Notes under the pieces: model-generated | The model's input: the letters and a program-made list of their open reading frames with translations, nothing else | Told to the model about the DNA's origin: nothing | Database searches by the model: none | IMG/VR virus record: IMGVR_UViG_3300037808_002146 | DNA: 64,000 nucleotides | Strand: one strand, 5' to 3' | Source of the DNA: a virus | Taxonomy: Duplodnaviria; Caudoviricetes | Shown: piece after piece, positions 41,401-54,200 of the stretch | Numbering within the stretch: position 1 is the first letter of the stretch | How the letters are laid out: each line of letters opens with the position of its first letter | Position numbers and translations under genes: made by a program

Positions 41401-42204
41401 TTTTTTTACATTTCCGCTATCGGAAGCATCCCCAATTAAAACTACATCGGTGTCTTGAGTAGTACTAATTTCCGTAGCTGCAGTGGGAGATATTATTAAT
41501 TCGTTACCAACATTAAAATCTAGACCAGCGTTTGATGCAAAGTCAACCTCCATCGTTTTTGCAGCACTGTTATTATAGGTATCTCCAGATGTTGTGTAAG
41601 TTAAACCTTTTCCTGATGTCAATGCGTTATTTAGGCTAACACTAGCTTGCGCATTTGTGCTAATACTCGAAAAGTTAAATTTTTTCAGTGTATTGTCAGT
41701 TGCGTCTCTTAACACTAAAAAATCGCCAGCAGCTGGGGAGACTTCGTTGAGAGAACTTATATCTACCTTTAAGCCTGATGCTGATACGTTTAGAGCAGAA
41801 TCTGAAGCTAACGCAATTGATAGTGTTTTTGCGGCAGCACCATTAAAAGTAGTTCCACTGTTCAGCTCTACCCCATTTCCAGTAGTAAGGCTATTAGTCG
41901 TTGCTCCGGAGAAAGCACCGCCAGCAGTCCCGATTGTTATCGATCCATCTAGATTATTAGTTACTTGTAAGTTTTCTCCAGCACGAAGATAATCGGTACC
42001 ATCAGGTAACTTTTGAAGCGATCCAGTTAAACCCTGCTTAATAACCGCGCCACCAAAAACCGCGAGGTGCGAATTAAACTCTGGATCTTCTAGACCGATT
42101 TGAAAATGCTTTGGAACTACTGTTTTTTGCACGTTACTGTTAGCAGTACTCCTAACAACAATATACTCTGATTTTCTTAGTTCATCCCTATTATTCGTCG
42201 ACAT
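38479..42204 (-). CDS. Fibre-like virion protein, 1241 aa (anchor W + shaft + one ~580-aa domain shared with the 2108-aa gene)
   Basis: Motif GSLQ.L.DG..Y...G occurs twice. IGSAEDGDYTDGLFEDFTTSTAIGTAVDRFNEILK matches the 2108-aa gene. Both end in W[ST]GN[IV]SSI...WS. Confidence 0.75.
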   Translation of the reverse strand: MSTNNRDELRKSEYIVVRSTANSNVQKTVVPKHFQIGLEDPEFNSHLAVFGGAVIKQGLTGSLQKLPDGTDYLRAGENLQVTNNLDGSITIGTAGGAFSGATTNSLTTGNGVELNSGTTFNGAAAKTLSIALASDSALNVSASGLKVDISSLNEVSPAAGDFLVLRDATDNTLKKFNFSSISTNAQASVSLNNALTSGKGLTYTTSGDTYNNSAAKTMEVDFASNAGLDFNVGNELIISPTAATEISTTQDTDVVLIGDASDSGNVKKITIANLRPSQLSNALTTGDGLEYTSAGSEYNNSAAKTIKVKANGSTISIGASGISVASTPGSLTHSTGISSLNFNGSSNSTISIDTAVVPQLGAASNTFSGNLVIGGDLQTKVLKGGDNNDLVQAGTNVTINKNATHGTLTINATAAVNVTGLNSGTPARSDLVLIDQSGTNKKTSAGAISDLVDKTSLSLGSNTISVVSPNAATASTFSVKIANDTISSGGSGIFVQKVPSAISHGTGISAFSYDGSSASSIAINTAVIPQLTTANTFTGNIKFNSGVSGSLQTLTDGSPYMVGGTGIMITTSSLGQVVISSLSSGGGSGGGISRVTAGTGILGGGITSEVTLNLDYAGNDSIIKSATDGTGVTVDSSNDLLLIQDNTDGTVKYINPSQLSFSGVAIGSAEDGDYTDGLFEDFTTSTAIGTAVDRFNEILKSLAPSPASQLSKMNSVDSGVSAKLSFDASNAISSPSYSNVVTSGLTPANPFSSIAVNQAYSSETSGNHARLGVFNGTTEINGILNSGIVADSPNYPANAFSDGNLGTLKLFVNNNSTPVHSVNVSSFSSGDSVNSNGSGFNLIAAQPGHFADGTNFDTFKHRTGTYKVNSADQRQGWNYARVVQTISGVDRTTNYIEWVNDSDSSNLGHNSSQLINLSMSGATQLSGVKYHTGGTATYGINITNLYKNVYPTNNITFSSTNCAVSSLAIPSINFASEDTSKILNISRSATINSNKMLNSGITVSTNVTHPIKSNLSGVGSAAINGILLYNINNTSTVTSETFKRENYRLVSGDYDNQSDVDSGTWNSSTSLSSNNGLMFYDEKLIAPKAGVLNSNFASVANSPAGNVDYSGITSGVRTFYRYFTNNTGGSKSNFSITINGTGTIISNNSALNGNKIKVFFKIPQTSLSQSTGLMDLSLPFANGQYSNNSGCLIGAFDSSLPATNNASFGVKTVANGEYILIKIEADATWSGNVSSISLNWS

Positions 42205-42230
42205 ATATCACTATACCTATTTTACATGTA

Positions 42231-42238
42231 ATAACTAT
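42231..42238 (-). promoter_or_regulatory. Candidate late-promoter motif ATAGTTAT
   Basis: Instance of ATANTTA(T/A) in the 48-bp gap upstream of the 1241-aa gene. Confidence 0.4.
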
Positions 42239-42252
42239 TAGCTAATAAAGAT

Positions 42253-45200
42253 TTAGTTAAAATCATCGAAAACATCGTTTCCGTCAGAGTTAAAGACAGA
42301 AACTTGGTTGTTTACGATGTCTGCCTTTCTACGGACCCTTCCGCCCAAAGCTGATTCATGTAAGTTAGGATTGGGTGTATCGAAGAAAGGAACTCTGGAT
42401 CTCTGATATCTATCTAGATTTTGAGAAAATAAAAATTTTAGTTTATCTTCTCCAGATTTTATCAAAGCCATACTTGCATCATAAAAAGATACTTCCACTG
42501 TGGGTACTCTGCGATCTGGTCCTACTTCGCTATATTCTATAGAAGATAGATTAGCAAATACTCCCGACTTTCTGCCCTCTATTAAATCACAAAAATTGCC
42601 AAATTTGCTTCTGCTAAATATCACCTTTGGACGTAACATATCGTAGTTCATCATCCCGTATTTTACCCCAGCTGGGTGAATTAATGTTTGGCGTGTATGT
42701 CGAGGGATAAGTTTTAATGTGCTTGTCCTAGAATCATCTACATTTCCAAAAGGGATAGCACTAGTACCGGACAAAGATCCAAGGTTGATTGTTTCTAAAT
42801 TGTTGTTAACTTCTTTGCCAAAACCAAATAGGATTGCCGCCGCTTGTCTATATGGCGAGTCGTTCACTTGATTAACACAATTCGTATATAATGAGGGGTA
42901 GTAGCTCTTGCTAGCTATATATACATTTTTAGTTTGTGCATCATATCGTGCTGAAAATACGCCCGCTTTGCTTTTAACATTAGCTAACGCAGCCAGCAAG
43001 TGTGTTTTTTGGTCTGCTTTGCTTATATCATAAGTTACAGGAGCGCCACTGCCGCTAGTTAGAAGAAGTTCTCCTGACCCGTAATTTGGGCTTTGAAATA
43101 TATTTAATACAGGCGAAAATTTAGAAAATCCGGCTGGCATTGTAGATGGGGGTAAGTCTAAACCAAATGTTGCTTCTTTATCGTTTCGAAATAATAATTT
43201 AGAATCTGCTGGATCAAAGCCACCACTACCAAAAATATTAACTTCCTTGCCATCTGAATCCCTGGTAGTCTTTTCGAAAATGAACCTTTTACGCCACTCG
43301 GTGAAATATCTGTCTTCAAACGCACTAATAGGTAACTGAGTTGTGCTCTCTAGGGAATCGCCAAATTCCGAAAACACCATTACTCGGCATGGATTTGAAT
43401 TCGCTACCGTAGATGGTGTTATCCCGGAAGATTCAATAAAACTACCCGAACTTATGAAAGAAACGTTAATATTCGTACCAGATATCCCTGTTATTTCAAA
43501 TTTAATCCCGTCTCTTTCGGGATTTGAACCGGTAGAAAAAATAACCTTTGCGCCAGTTTTAGCACCCATAAGGTTTATTGCGTTCGCTGTACCTACGTTT
43601 ATAGTAGCCGTTTGATAAGTCAATAATTGGCTACCTGGAAATGAAGAATTTAAGGTAGTTAGTGTATCGTTAAAAAATGTTGTTGTACCCTGTTGCGGAG
43701 ATCCTATAAAAAGTGCAACGCCTGAATCATCTATTGGGTGATTTGTTATTAAAGGCTTATTACTCCCGGAAGTTAAAAACTTGACTGGAATAATTTTTCT
43801 AGTCTTATGCTTCTTTTTAAAGTAGGGTGTAATATTCACAGGGAGGGAATCCCAATAAACTAAATCAACGTCATCTCCAGCAGATAGTGCTGTATACCTT
43901 TCGACTGAGCCAGTCGCGAATAGCTTTTTAGGACTACCACCAATATCGTTAGTTCTTTCGCCAAAAGCAACATCAATTTTAGATAAATCTATATCGTTGT
44001 TACTATCTTTTCCAAAACTTATGCTGGTTTTAGATATTATTTCAGAGCTCATAGAACCTGAAAACTCAGAATCAAGCGATAGATCAAATTTATCGTAATC
44101 TTCTTGGCCAATGACTTCGTAAACAACACCCGAAGTTGAAAAACTAGATTTATGCTTTGGGCGTTTAGGTACACTATTTTGTAAATACGAACCGTATAAC
44201 ACGAGCTTAGAGTTAGAATATGGAGCAAAAGTTGTTTCTATACATTTACCAGTGTCGATAGCTCGAGACCTTACATATTTGGGAGGGTAGTAGTAACCCC
44301 CGCTGCTGTAAATTGCTGCTGTAAAATCTACTGGGTTAGCTAGGTCGCCGTCGGTGTATAGCTCGAAAGTTCTATTCGATAAAACACGAACTCGGAAGTA
44401 AACATCGTTTAGCGCTGTCCCCGCATTTCCGGTTGCTACATCTTTAATTTGAATCTGATTGCCATCTCGTAGTTCATGATATGTAGCAGTTGTTACTACT
44501 GGAGGTTTAGCAGTAGTTACCCCCGTAATAAAAACTTGAGCTGTATTTACTGTTTGCAAATTTCCTTGATCATCTAGCTCGGGTGGAGTTGAGCCTCCTC
44601 CAAGATTAGCAAAAGATGTAAAACCAGAATGAAATCCAGGTACCGCTGTTTGAAAACCTAAAGTTATTTTATCACTTGGTTTTAATACATACGCATTTCC
44701 AACTTCAAAATTCTTTCCAGTTGATATGGAATCAGCAAAAGTCGAATCGAAACTTTGCTTTAGTGGATCCATTCTGTCAAAATCATCCAAATAAAATGGC
44801 ATTTGGTTTATTTTAAAATTTATTCCGCTAGGTTCGTCTCCAGTGACTGCCCTCAATGCTCTTGTTCCTCCGACACCGTCGTGATCGAACCCGCCAAGAA
44901 AAGCACCTTGTGGAGATACAGAAACAAATTTTGGTAGTGTTTGACTCGAAGGATTATTATATTGATCCAATACAGCTAGTCGGTAAGAGAAATACGTATC
45001 AAGTTTAGGAGTGGATTTACATACCGCTTTTATTCTTAAAACTCCATCATGAAGATTGTAAGACGACGTCAAGTGAGTGAATTTTTGCCTGTATTTTTCA
45101 TTTATTTCATTATTTTCAAACCTGATTTGAGATAGAAAAGTAGGAGATTTAGTTGCAGTTGTATCATCGGTATCGGTAACAACCAATGTTAAACCATCAT

Positions 45201-48200
45201 CGCCGACAATATCAACGTTTCGTTTTGTTGCGTGGCCTGCAGAGGGAATAAATTTTGGTATAGAAAACTTAAGACCTCTAACTTCGTTTCCAGATACAGT
45301 TGTTGTATGAGATAAGTCTAAATGAGGATTCAAATGCGCTTGAGTGCCTATTTTAATATTAAGTTCTCTGCCTAGACCATTTTCCAAAAGGTTAAACCCA
45401 TTAGAACCGGTTGATTCAAAACTCCCAAATCGAGTTTGATGAGGGTGCTCCATAGTTTGTTTATTAGAACCTGATACTGCGCTTGTGTGATCAGTTCCAC
45501 GATAAAACATATAAGCTGGATCATTCACGAAGTAATAATGTGCCATACTGCCGTCGTTGAAGCCGGTGCCTGAAACTGAGTCCGAGTTTTGGTTAGCATA
45601 CCCGTGATAAGCAACTTGCGCATAACTAATTAACTCCCTAGTAGTAGAAGTAATTTGGCAACTTTGAGTCGTCATATTGAAACCAGATGTCACACCATTT
45701 ATAGTGACAGGCCGTTCAATGCTAGCGCCTTCATAAACTAAGCTTTCTGGCGTTGCTCCGGACGGGGTATTACTAAACTCTACCGGGACGGTTCCTAAAT
45801 CATCAGTGAAATATTTTATCTTACCCGAAAGTTTCCAAGATCCTCCGGCACCAGCAGGCCTGTAGTGCGAAGAGTATCTGCTCCCGGAGTTAAAAGCTAT
45901 TGATGCTGATGTGTTTAAAACTCCTCCATCGAAATCATCTGAAACTGCATTATTGATAGATAACTCCATAGTAGCATCGGTACCAGCTGGAGGCTTCATG
46001 GTAATCCCGGATAAATATCCAGCTGCGGATGCGGCACCAATAATTTCGTAAATAAAAGCTGCGATTAAATATGTGACTGGATAAGTTGTCCAGTTGGTCC
46101 AGGCTAGATCGATAGCGTATCTAATACTTCCGTCTCTTTTTTGAGCCTCTGTAAAGCTTCCAAGATTTTGAAGAATTGGTGAAGATGTTCCAGTTACAGA
46201 AGATGCAATATAGATTCTAATTCTTTTTGGGTTAACTTCTCTCAGCTTTGTGTTAGTAGTACCGGAGACAGTCCCTGTCGAAGTGCATGTTATTATGTCT
46301 CCTACATCATAACTAGTGCTCACAGCATTAAATCCAGCATTTAAATTCTCGCCGGCGTCATTAATAACTTCGTACTTAACCCCATCGATTACAGAGGTTA
46401 CTGCTGGATTTATAACAGGAGCGTGCGAAACTATCTCTACCCATTTAGGAGTAGTAGTGATGACCAATGTTGAGGCTATAGTTCCCAGGGGCGATTGGTC
46501 CCGGGCTTCTCCCGTGATATACTCATGCCAAGAAATGTTTCCGGTAGCTGCGTCTTTTATTTCGGGCCAGTTTGCTGGATCAGTCTGATAATCAGTACCA
46601 AAAATATTTATAATCAGTTTTGAATCTTCATGAAACCCAAAATACATTTTACCACCGACAACAGTTGATGTTGTTTCTAAACCAGAAGATTTTATTGCTT
46701 TTGGAATCGCTGCTTCGAAAGTTGTATCGACGCATTGCTTTTCACGTAACAAAAAGAAAGTATCACACCTCCACCACGCCGAGCCCTCTACAGTATTCGT
46801 TTTTCCTGTTGTTGAGTTTATATAGTCGTTAACTTGACCCTCTCTGGCATATACATTGCCACCAACGCGGTGGTAAGCTCCCTCTTTCTTTATCTTCTCT
46901 TTAGTAAAAGTAGACTTTCCACGTAGACGATGGTATGCAGATCCTGTACCTACTAGATAATATGAATTACTCGATGAATTAGATAAGGCTGACCATATTA
47001 CGCCGGTGGATGTCCACGGGTAGTACCGGTCATATATCCTCTGCGCTTCAAGATTTCTAAACCTGTCATCGTATAGTCCAAAATACCCACCGAAAGCACT
47101 TTTATCATCGTAAACTTCTTTCTGCTTTGAAAAAGAAGTGGAGTTGGAGTTGGATTGGCCGTAATTAGAGTCTGGCAAATCAATCGCGGATTCTGGGAGT
47201 AATCTTCCCATTCCCTCTTGCACTTCATCTCTAATTGATGAGCTGCAAATTATTTCAAATTTCTCAAGTAAGAATGGACCGTCTAAATAACTAGAAAGGT
47301 CTAGTTTTTGACCGTCAGTAGGTTTAAAGGTATCGGAGAATGGAAAACCAAAGTTAGATACCGGCCGACCTCTCAGGGGCAATTCTGCATAGTGCAGCTT
47401 GCTATATTCCGAGCCTTTGTTTGGATCATTTTCCTCTGTTAAGATGCCACCGACGAAAGAAGTGTATTTGCCATTCCATGAATCATTAGCCGAATTAGAG
47501 AAGCCTTTACTTTCAGTGATTTCAACGTTAGATGTCGTTGTATATACACCATGGTCGTATATAGCTACCCTGTCTCCATAGGGCCGAAATTCTAAAACAT
47601 CGCTCCCAACTGGACTGCTGTGCTGAATATTGGGGTTTTTTCCTAATTCGGTGTTAAGAGCTATTATTGTATCTGATAGCGATGACCTTATCGGTACCGG
47701 ACTACCAAAAGACCCTTCGGTTAAGGTGTATTTGAAATTGTAGATTATTATACTATCGCCGGCGATTGCTGATACTAATTTTCTGACACGCAAATAAGAA
47801 CCGCCTACAGGCATATCAGTAACGTTAATACGAAATTTTGTTAATGTTGCTGTATTGCTAGTATTATCATCATCGGCTGGTAAATCGCCGCCGTTTATTC
47901 GGCCGGCACCAGAATCGGTGGTTGAAACGTAAGCGCCTCCGTTATTAATAGATTTTTCAAATCTTTTATTTACGGTGTAAACAGTAGTACTGAAATTGCT
48001 AGTAGAACAATACTCAAGAACTAAGTCATCGGTGGTATCTGATGTTGATGCATCGAAAGTTCCTCCGATGATATCTTCTCGAGTTGCCCAAAACTCGATT
48101 GTTATAGTACAACCATATGGGATTTTATCGCTAATTCGAATTTCACCCCTGTTACCAGAACCATCAAATCCGCCTAAGCTTATTACATGCTTCGTGCCTG

Positions 48201-51200
48201 AACCGAGATCATTTCCGGAACCTAGGTTTACAGCGCATGCCGTAGCTTGTTTTAAAGTCATTGCTGCGTTGCCACCTACAATTTGAAAACCCGCAGATAA
48301 GGTTGCGCTAGATGGATCGTCTTCGAACGATATAGGATCGGAACCATAACTAAAACCAACCGGTGTATTGACAAAGCCGTAAGTTTTGTTTATTTCGTTG
48401 TTACCAAAAACAGTTAGCTCATCACCGGGGGAAGGGTTTTGAGAAAACTTTAAACTAAAAGTAGATCTAACATGACCAGGAATTCTAAATCCATTGATGC
48501 CATTATGGATTCGAGTATTACCCGCAGCACCTAGCACTGCTTGCGTTAACTTCAAACTTACATGCGAATCGTCCAAGATATCGACATGGCCACAATAGAG
48601 AAGCATAGCAGAGCTCACTGTAACAGTATCTAGTAAAGTTGTGTACCTTTTGGCATTTGAGTTATTGCGAGTGACAGTTACAACGTCGCCATGACCGGAG
48701 GGACCGGTTCCGGATATGGAGCTTACATTAACCGAAATATAGTGGCTTTTGTTGGGTGATCCATTGATTTCAAAATAAAAATAAAGTATATCAGATGAAG
48801 CGTAGGCTTTATCAAACCCTTTAGAAACCTTTATTTTAAAATTACCGGTTATTGGAATTGTAACTAATGGTGAGTCGTTCGTTTGGAGGAAAGTGACTGT
48901 TCCCCAAGATTCGAGTAAATCAGGCAAAACGTTTGAGCATATTATCTTTCCGGCGTGGGCTGTTGCTATTGCGGCTTTTAGTTTCATCAATAAGCTTTTA
49001 AAGTTATCAGCTAATTCGAGAGGGCCAATTGCATATGCACCGTCTTTTGCAACTTGTTCTGATCTCCTATAAAGTGGAGCGTTTGGGCCAATCCACTGAT
49101 TGTTCATTGAAGTAGTTAAAGCTACTCCAGCGCTTTTTGAGTCGGCGCCGGTAAGAGTGTGCATCACATAATCAATCTCAGTGCCATCAGTTGATGTAAT
49201 TCTAATGCTTTGGTTTGCTCGAAGACTAGGGGTAGTAAAGTGACTATCATTATAATTGCTACCGCTTACATGGGTTATCTCAGTAAATGCTGCTGAGGTA
49301 GTATTTTTCCTGTGCAAAGAAAACCCATATGTACCGCCAAAGGCAATAGGAGCAGATTTTTGAAAAATAGATACCGCGTCTTTTATAGCATCATCTCGAG
49401 ACTGACCGGCTCCCGCTGCATCTCTTTTAGTCTCTATCTTTCCGGAAAACGTCGGTGATATAGATTCCCACTTTTTACTAGCGAAGTCAAAGTAGCCTAT
49501 TGGATTATAGTTACCAGCAGCAAAACCTGATGTTAGAGTATTGCCGGAGCCTGTTGTGAATCCCAACGTGGTCTTGGAGACTGGATTAATATCTATTTCT
49601 ATCCTAACCCTGTCCCTAGTGGCTGATGCGAAAGAGCCGGCGGATCCAGAAAGATAAGATCCCATAGAGAAGAAATTGTCTTCGATATCATTTTTTCCAT
49701 CGTCTAAAAATGGAGAAGAAACCAAAGAGCTCTTTTTAACTACTAAGGACTCTCGAGAACGTTCGGAAATCTCTGGATTTCTAGTCGTGTTGTATCCTAC
49801 GGTTTCAAAAACAGACTCGGAAGAAACACCTTGACCAGAGATAATTGTTCTAGAAGGGATTATGTTTTTATCATCAACTGTTAACGTAACGACGTCATTT
49901 GAAAAACTAACCGTTATTGGCAAGTTATCGAAAACTACTGCATCGTTGATAGAATTAGCTAAAGACATAGCTAATTGGTTACTAGACGTAACTTCCTTAA
50001 CTCCAATATTGTATTTGTTGGAATTAGAAGGATTTAAAAGAGAATCTACTCTAGCACAATATTTTTTGCCGCCAATGCTAAATTCAATCGCAGGTCTAAG
50101 AGGGATTTCGGTATCCTTTCGACCTCTTGACAAAAATTGCACATTAACTAGTCTACGGATTAACCCACCGCGGGGAGGAAAGAAGCGATTAGACAAATTG
50201 TCTTCTACATAATCTCTAGTTACGGAAGAAGCTTCGACTAATTCATTAAGTTTACTAACGTCGCACTTAATCGTCGCTTTTATTGTATCTTGCGTAAAAC
50301 CAGCGATTATAGAATCTTTTCTTGGAGTTAAAGAAAAATCATCGAAGCTTGAATCACCAAATGCTTGACTAGATAAAGTGTTATCCAAAATTGTAATATT
50401 AGAAGCTGGAGAACTAGATACTAAGGCTAGTGAAGTAGAAGCTGGGATAATTTGACAAAATGTAGAACTAGTTCCAAACTCTTTATTTCCTGCAGGATTT
50501 TCTAAAATTATCAAATCTTTTCCAGAATCTGGAACAAGCAGCATGCTAGCTCGAGTTAAGTCACCATTATAGTTTCCTTGGTCTATTGCTGTTATTCCAA
50601 ATCCAGATACTGCGTTAATCTTTGCAACAAATTCGTCAACTGCGTCTGTCACGGAGCGATTTGTAGTAATACCGATTTTGTCAGCATCAGCGTGATCGTC
50701 AGCAGCTGCTGTAGCTGTGTAGTTTACCGTAGTTGTCCCATTAGCTATTTGCAGAACGCTTGAAGCGGCTACATTACTTGGATCAAATGTGTTATTGAAA
50801 ATAACAATCTTTGCGCTAGAATTATATTCTGGTGTACTTGAACCTGCATCTAACATTTCTATTCTAATAGTATCGAAAGCAACCCTAGAAGCTTTTACTG
50901 GTATTCCGGAATAGCGGTTAGTCGCATTGATGAAAGTTTTAATCCTATCTACCTTAGAGGTTATGGTAGAAGCTCCAGAAAGACCGCATTTAAATCTAGT
51001 TAACGAAGCTAGCGGGGCAGAGATATGATTAGCATCTTTAATAGGACTGGTGAGGCTATCTAACGAAAAGCCATCAGCAACTGTAGAACTGGTATCAAAT
51101 ATTACCTGAAAATCTTTGCCATTCGGGAGTCTTAAACTAAATCCCGAATTATCTGCTGGACTATTTGTAAATTTGAAAGATATAGATCCTGTGGTACCCG

Positions 51201-54200
51201 CATCTAGATTTGATGGGAAAACAACATCTTTAGAACTATAAGCCTGAGTAGTACTCGAATCTTCCTTAAAAGGCTTGAAGTTAGCTTCTAGGTTTTTAGA
51301 TTCTTGATATTTTTCTTGTAGCAATTTTTTCGGTAATTGATTTCTAAATCCCGACTTGCTTCTAAGCGTCAAGTGAGATTCGGCAATTTTAGCCATTTCA
51401 GTTATTACTAACTGGCTACTAAGAATACTCAGCTCAGCAATATTAAAATTGTTATAAAAACTCGCAGAATCAGCTGGGTTAGTTCCAGGATCACTATTCC
51501 CGTAGTTTGTTGCTAGGCCTGTAGATGTATTTCCATAACCGATGAACAATCTAGGTGAACCACCTAATGTCAATTTCGCAGATTGATCACCAGAAGGAGC
51601 CGAATTGTTTATCGAGAATGATGTTGAACTTAATAAACCACCATGATTTTCGGAATCGTAAAGGGCAAACATATTTTTAGAGTTTGCGACATTAAAAGTT
51701 GACTCATCAAATGTAATAAATAGGGTATACCATTTGTCTTTTGCTAATGCACTTCGATCAATAGTTGCTTTCCAGTAGTCACCAGCTGCACTAGAACCGT
51801 TAGGGCGAATCCTGAATTCCAAATTTCCATCAATAGAGAGTAATTGCCATCTGCTTGACGTGGTTCCAGAAACTGTGAATATGGTACCCGTACCTGAACT
51901 TGAGTTATTATAAACCCTAGTTATAATAGTTTTCTTCCCAAGTGACACTAAACCTTTAGAGTTTCTTGTCATAGCACCAGCGTTTACATGTCCACGTGAG
52001 AATGGCATAATAGTTAAAGTTGGTACTTTGGTAGTAAGATCGATTGACCCTGATTTAAAAGTAATTATTCCTTTGCCCGTATTTGTATTGGGATAAACTG
52101 AGTCTGAGTTTCTCAACCTAAGAATAGTTTTGCTTTCTTTTAAGGTTGAATTTCTAAATTTTTTCTCTAAAGTTGGACCAACGATAGAAGAACCTATTAC
52201 TTGCTTTCCAGAAACAATATGACCTGCTGCTTGCGGGTGGGATATCGCGGTTTTAAAGTTATCAAAAAAGTCAACGAAGTTTGAATTATTAGTATACCTT
52301 ACGACTACATTGTTTATCCGAGGATCTCCAGGGCCAACTATACCGACACCATCAAAAGAATTTTCTAATATTTTTTGTCCTGTAGCTGGTACATTATATT
52401 GCGGAGTTGGAAAAGAATAAGAGTTAGAATTAAAACTAATGAAAGAATCAGATATTGCAGTGCCGGTAGCAGTTATTGCGCCTGCTTTCTCAGAACCATC
52501 ATGAATAGAAACGATAATAAACTTAGTCTTAAGATCATATGCAGTCGGTATTTCGCAAAGCCCAAAAGCATTACTTAAAACAGTTACTTGCTCCGAAGTT
52601 ACCGATGCTGAGAATGCAGCACCGGATGACATTGCATTTGCACCCGTTCGATTAGATGCAGGTAAATTTTCGATAACTGACTCAAGAGCGGTTGCAACAG
52701 CGCTTGAGTCAGCCGAATTTGCATAAGTTACAGCTATAGAACCAGCTGGAGCTGCAGCTGAAGCTGTTTTTCTAAAAAATAGTCTATATGAAAACCCGGT
52801 GGTATCCGTAATTACAATCGATTTTTGATCTGACTCGGTAGCATCCGGACACTTTATAGTAAATTTTTGTTTTGGGCGGGCATCCATTCGAATATCTTCG
52901 TTTTCAACCGAATTTAAAGATATACCGGTTAGCGTTCCGGAGTTGCCAGAACTAACATTTGCGTTAATAGCAGCTTTAACTTTGTCCCTTATAGCCAATT
53001 TAGTAGATAAATTTTGAATGTTTATTATCGAATTAGTCGCAACATGGTTATCGGCTGTGCCGTCTGTTTTGAAAGTAAAATTAACAGAAATGTCGTTAAA
53101 ATCTTTTACTGTCAATATTTTTCCATCAGATATTATTTTTTCTAAAAATAATGTAGTAGCTGTTTCGGAATTAGAAAACAAAGCACATTTTTTATCTCTT
53201 CTATCTTTCGAAGAATAGAGTATCAATGCAGAACTTTGAGAGTTTGATGGTTTTTCTGGATAGCTTGATGTTAGAGTGCTTACCGACTGTATTAAACTTT
53301 CGTTTTGTTCTATTTTCACCGTGGGATTTCGAAGTGATAAATTTGGATTAGTAGCTGAAATATTAATAGTTGAGTCGTTATTAATTGCTTTAGATAAATT
53401 TATAGCGACTTCTTTGAGGCTGCTAGCACTATGGTTTCGAGTTGCAAAATATATTGCAAACACTTCAGAATCAGAGAGCAAAGAATTCCAGATTGCAACT
53501 TCGGTTATCTCTCCATTAAAAGCTCGGTCATGAGTATGCCTATTCCCTATGTAACCGGCTTCTGTAGCTATTCCGGAATAAGTTGCATGTTTAGCTTGTG
53601 ATGAACCTAAATGACTTGAAGCTACGCGCTGTCCATTTACATATATAACCGGATCGTTATTCAAGGTATCAGACGCATCGTAAGTAACTGCTACATGAAC
53701 CCACTGATTTAAACCAAATGATGATGGGCCTGTTCTCCACTCAGCGTGAGCATTATTTAGTCTTGAGCTAAACGCTAGCTCTTCTGTACCGGTGCTGTAG
53801 AGAAAAATATCGCTTTGACCAAAATCGAATATTCTGCCTAAATTTCCGCCCCCATCTGCGGTTTTATTAATCCACGCAGAGAAAGACATTTTTTCTGTTG
53901 AACTAGCACCGGTGTTATCACCAATAGTAGCATCCCATTGCGCCGCTGTGCCGATATTTACTGAGTCTGTATCTCCTGCAAATTTGTAAGCAGTGTATTG
54001 ATGATTTCCAATAGCATTCTTACTGGTAACATTTTCAAAGGCTGAAACATTTGTATATGATGGAGTTATTGCTAGCGCGCCGGTTTTCTTTATATTTTTC
54101 CCTAAATTGATGTGTAGCTGTAAATTGCTGTTAGCACGATAAGATGCGAGAGGTCTAGAATAAAGATCATAAATTTCGCCAGCTGTTAAAATCTTATTCC

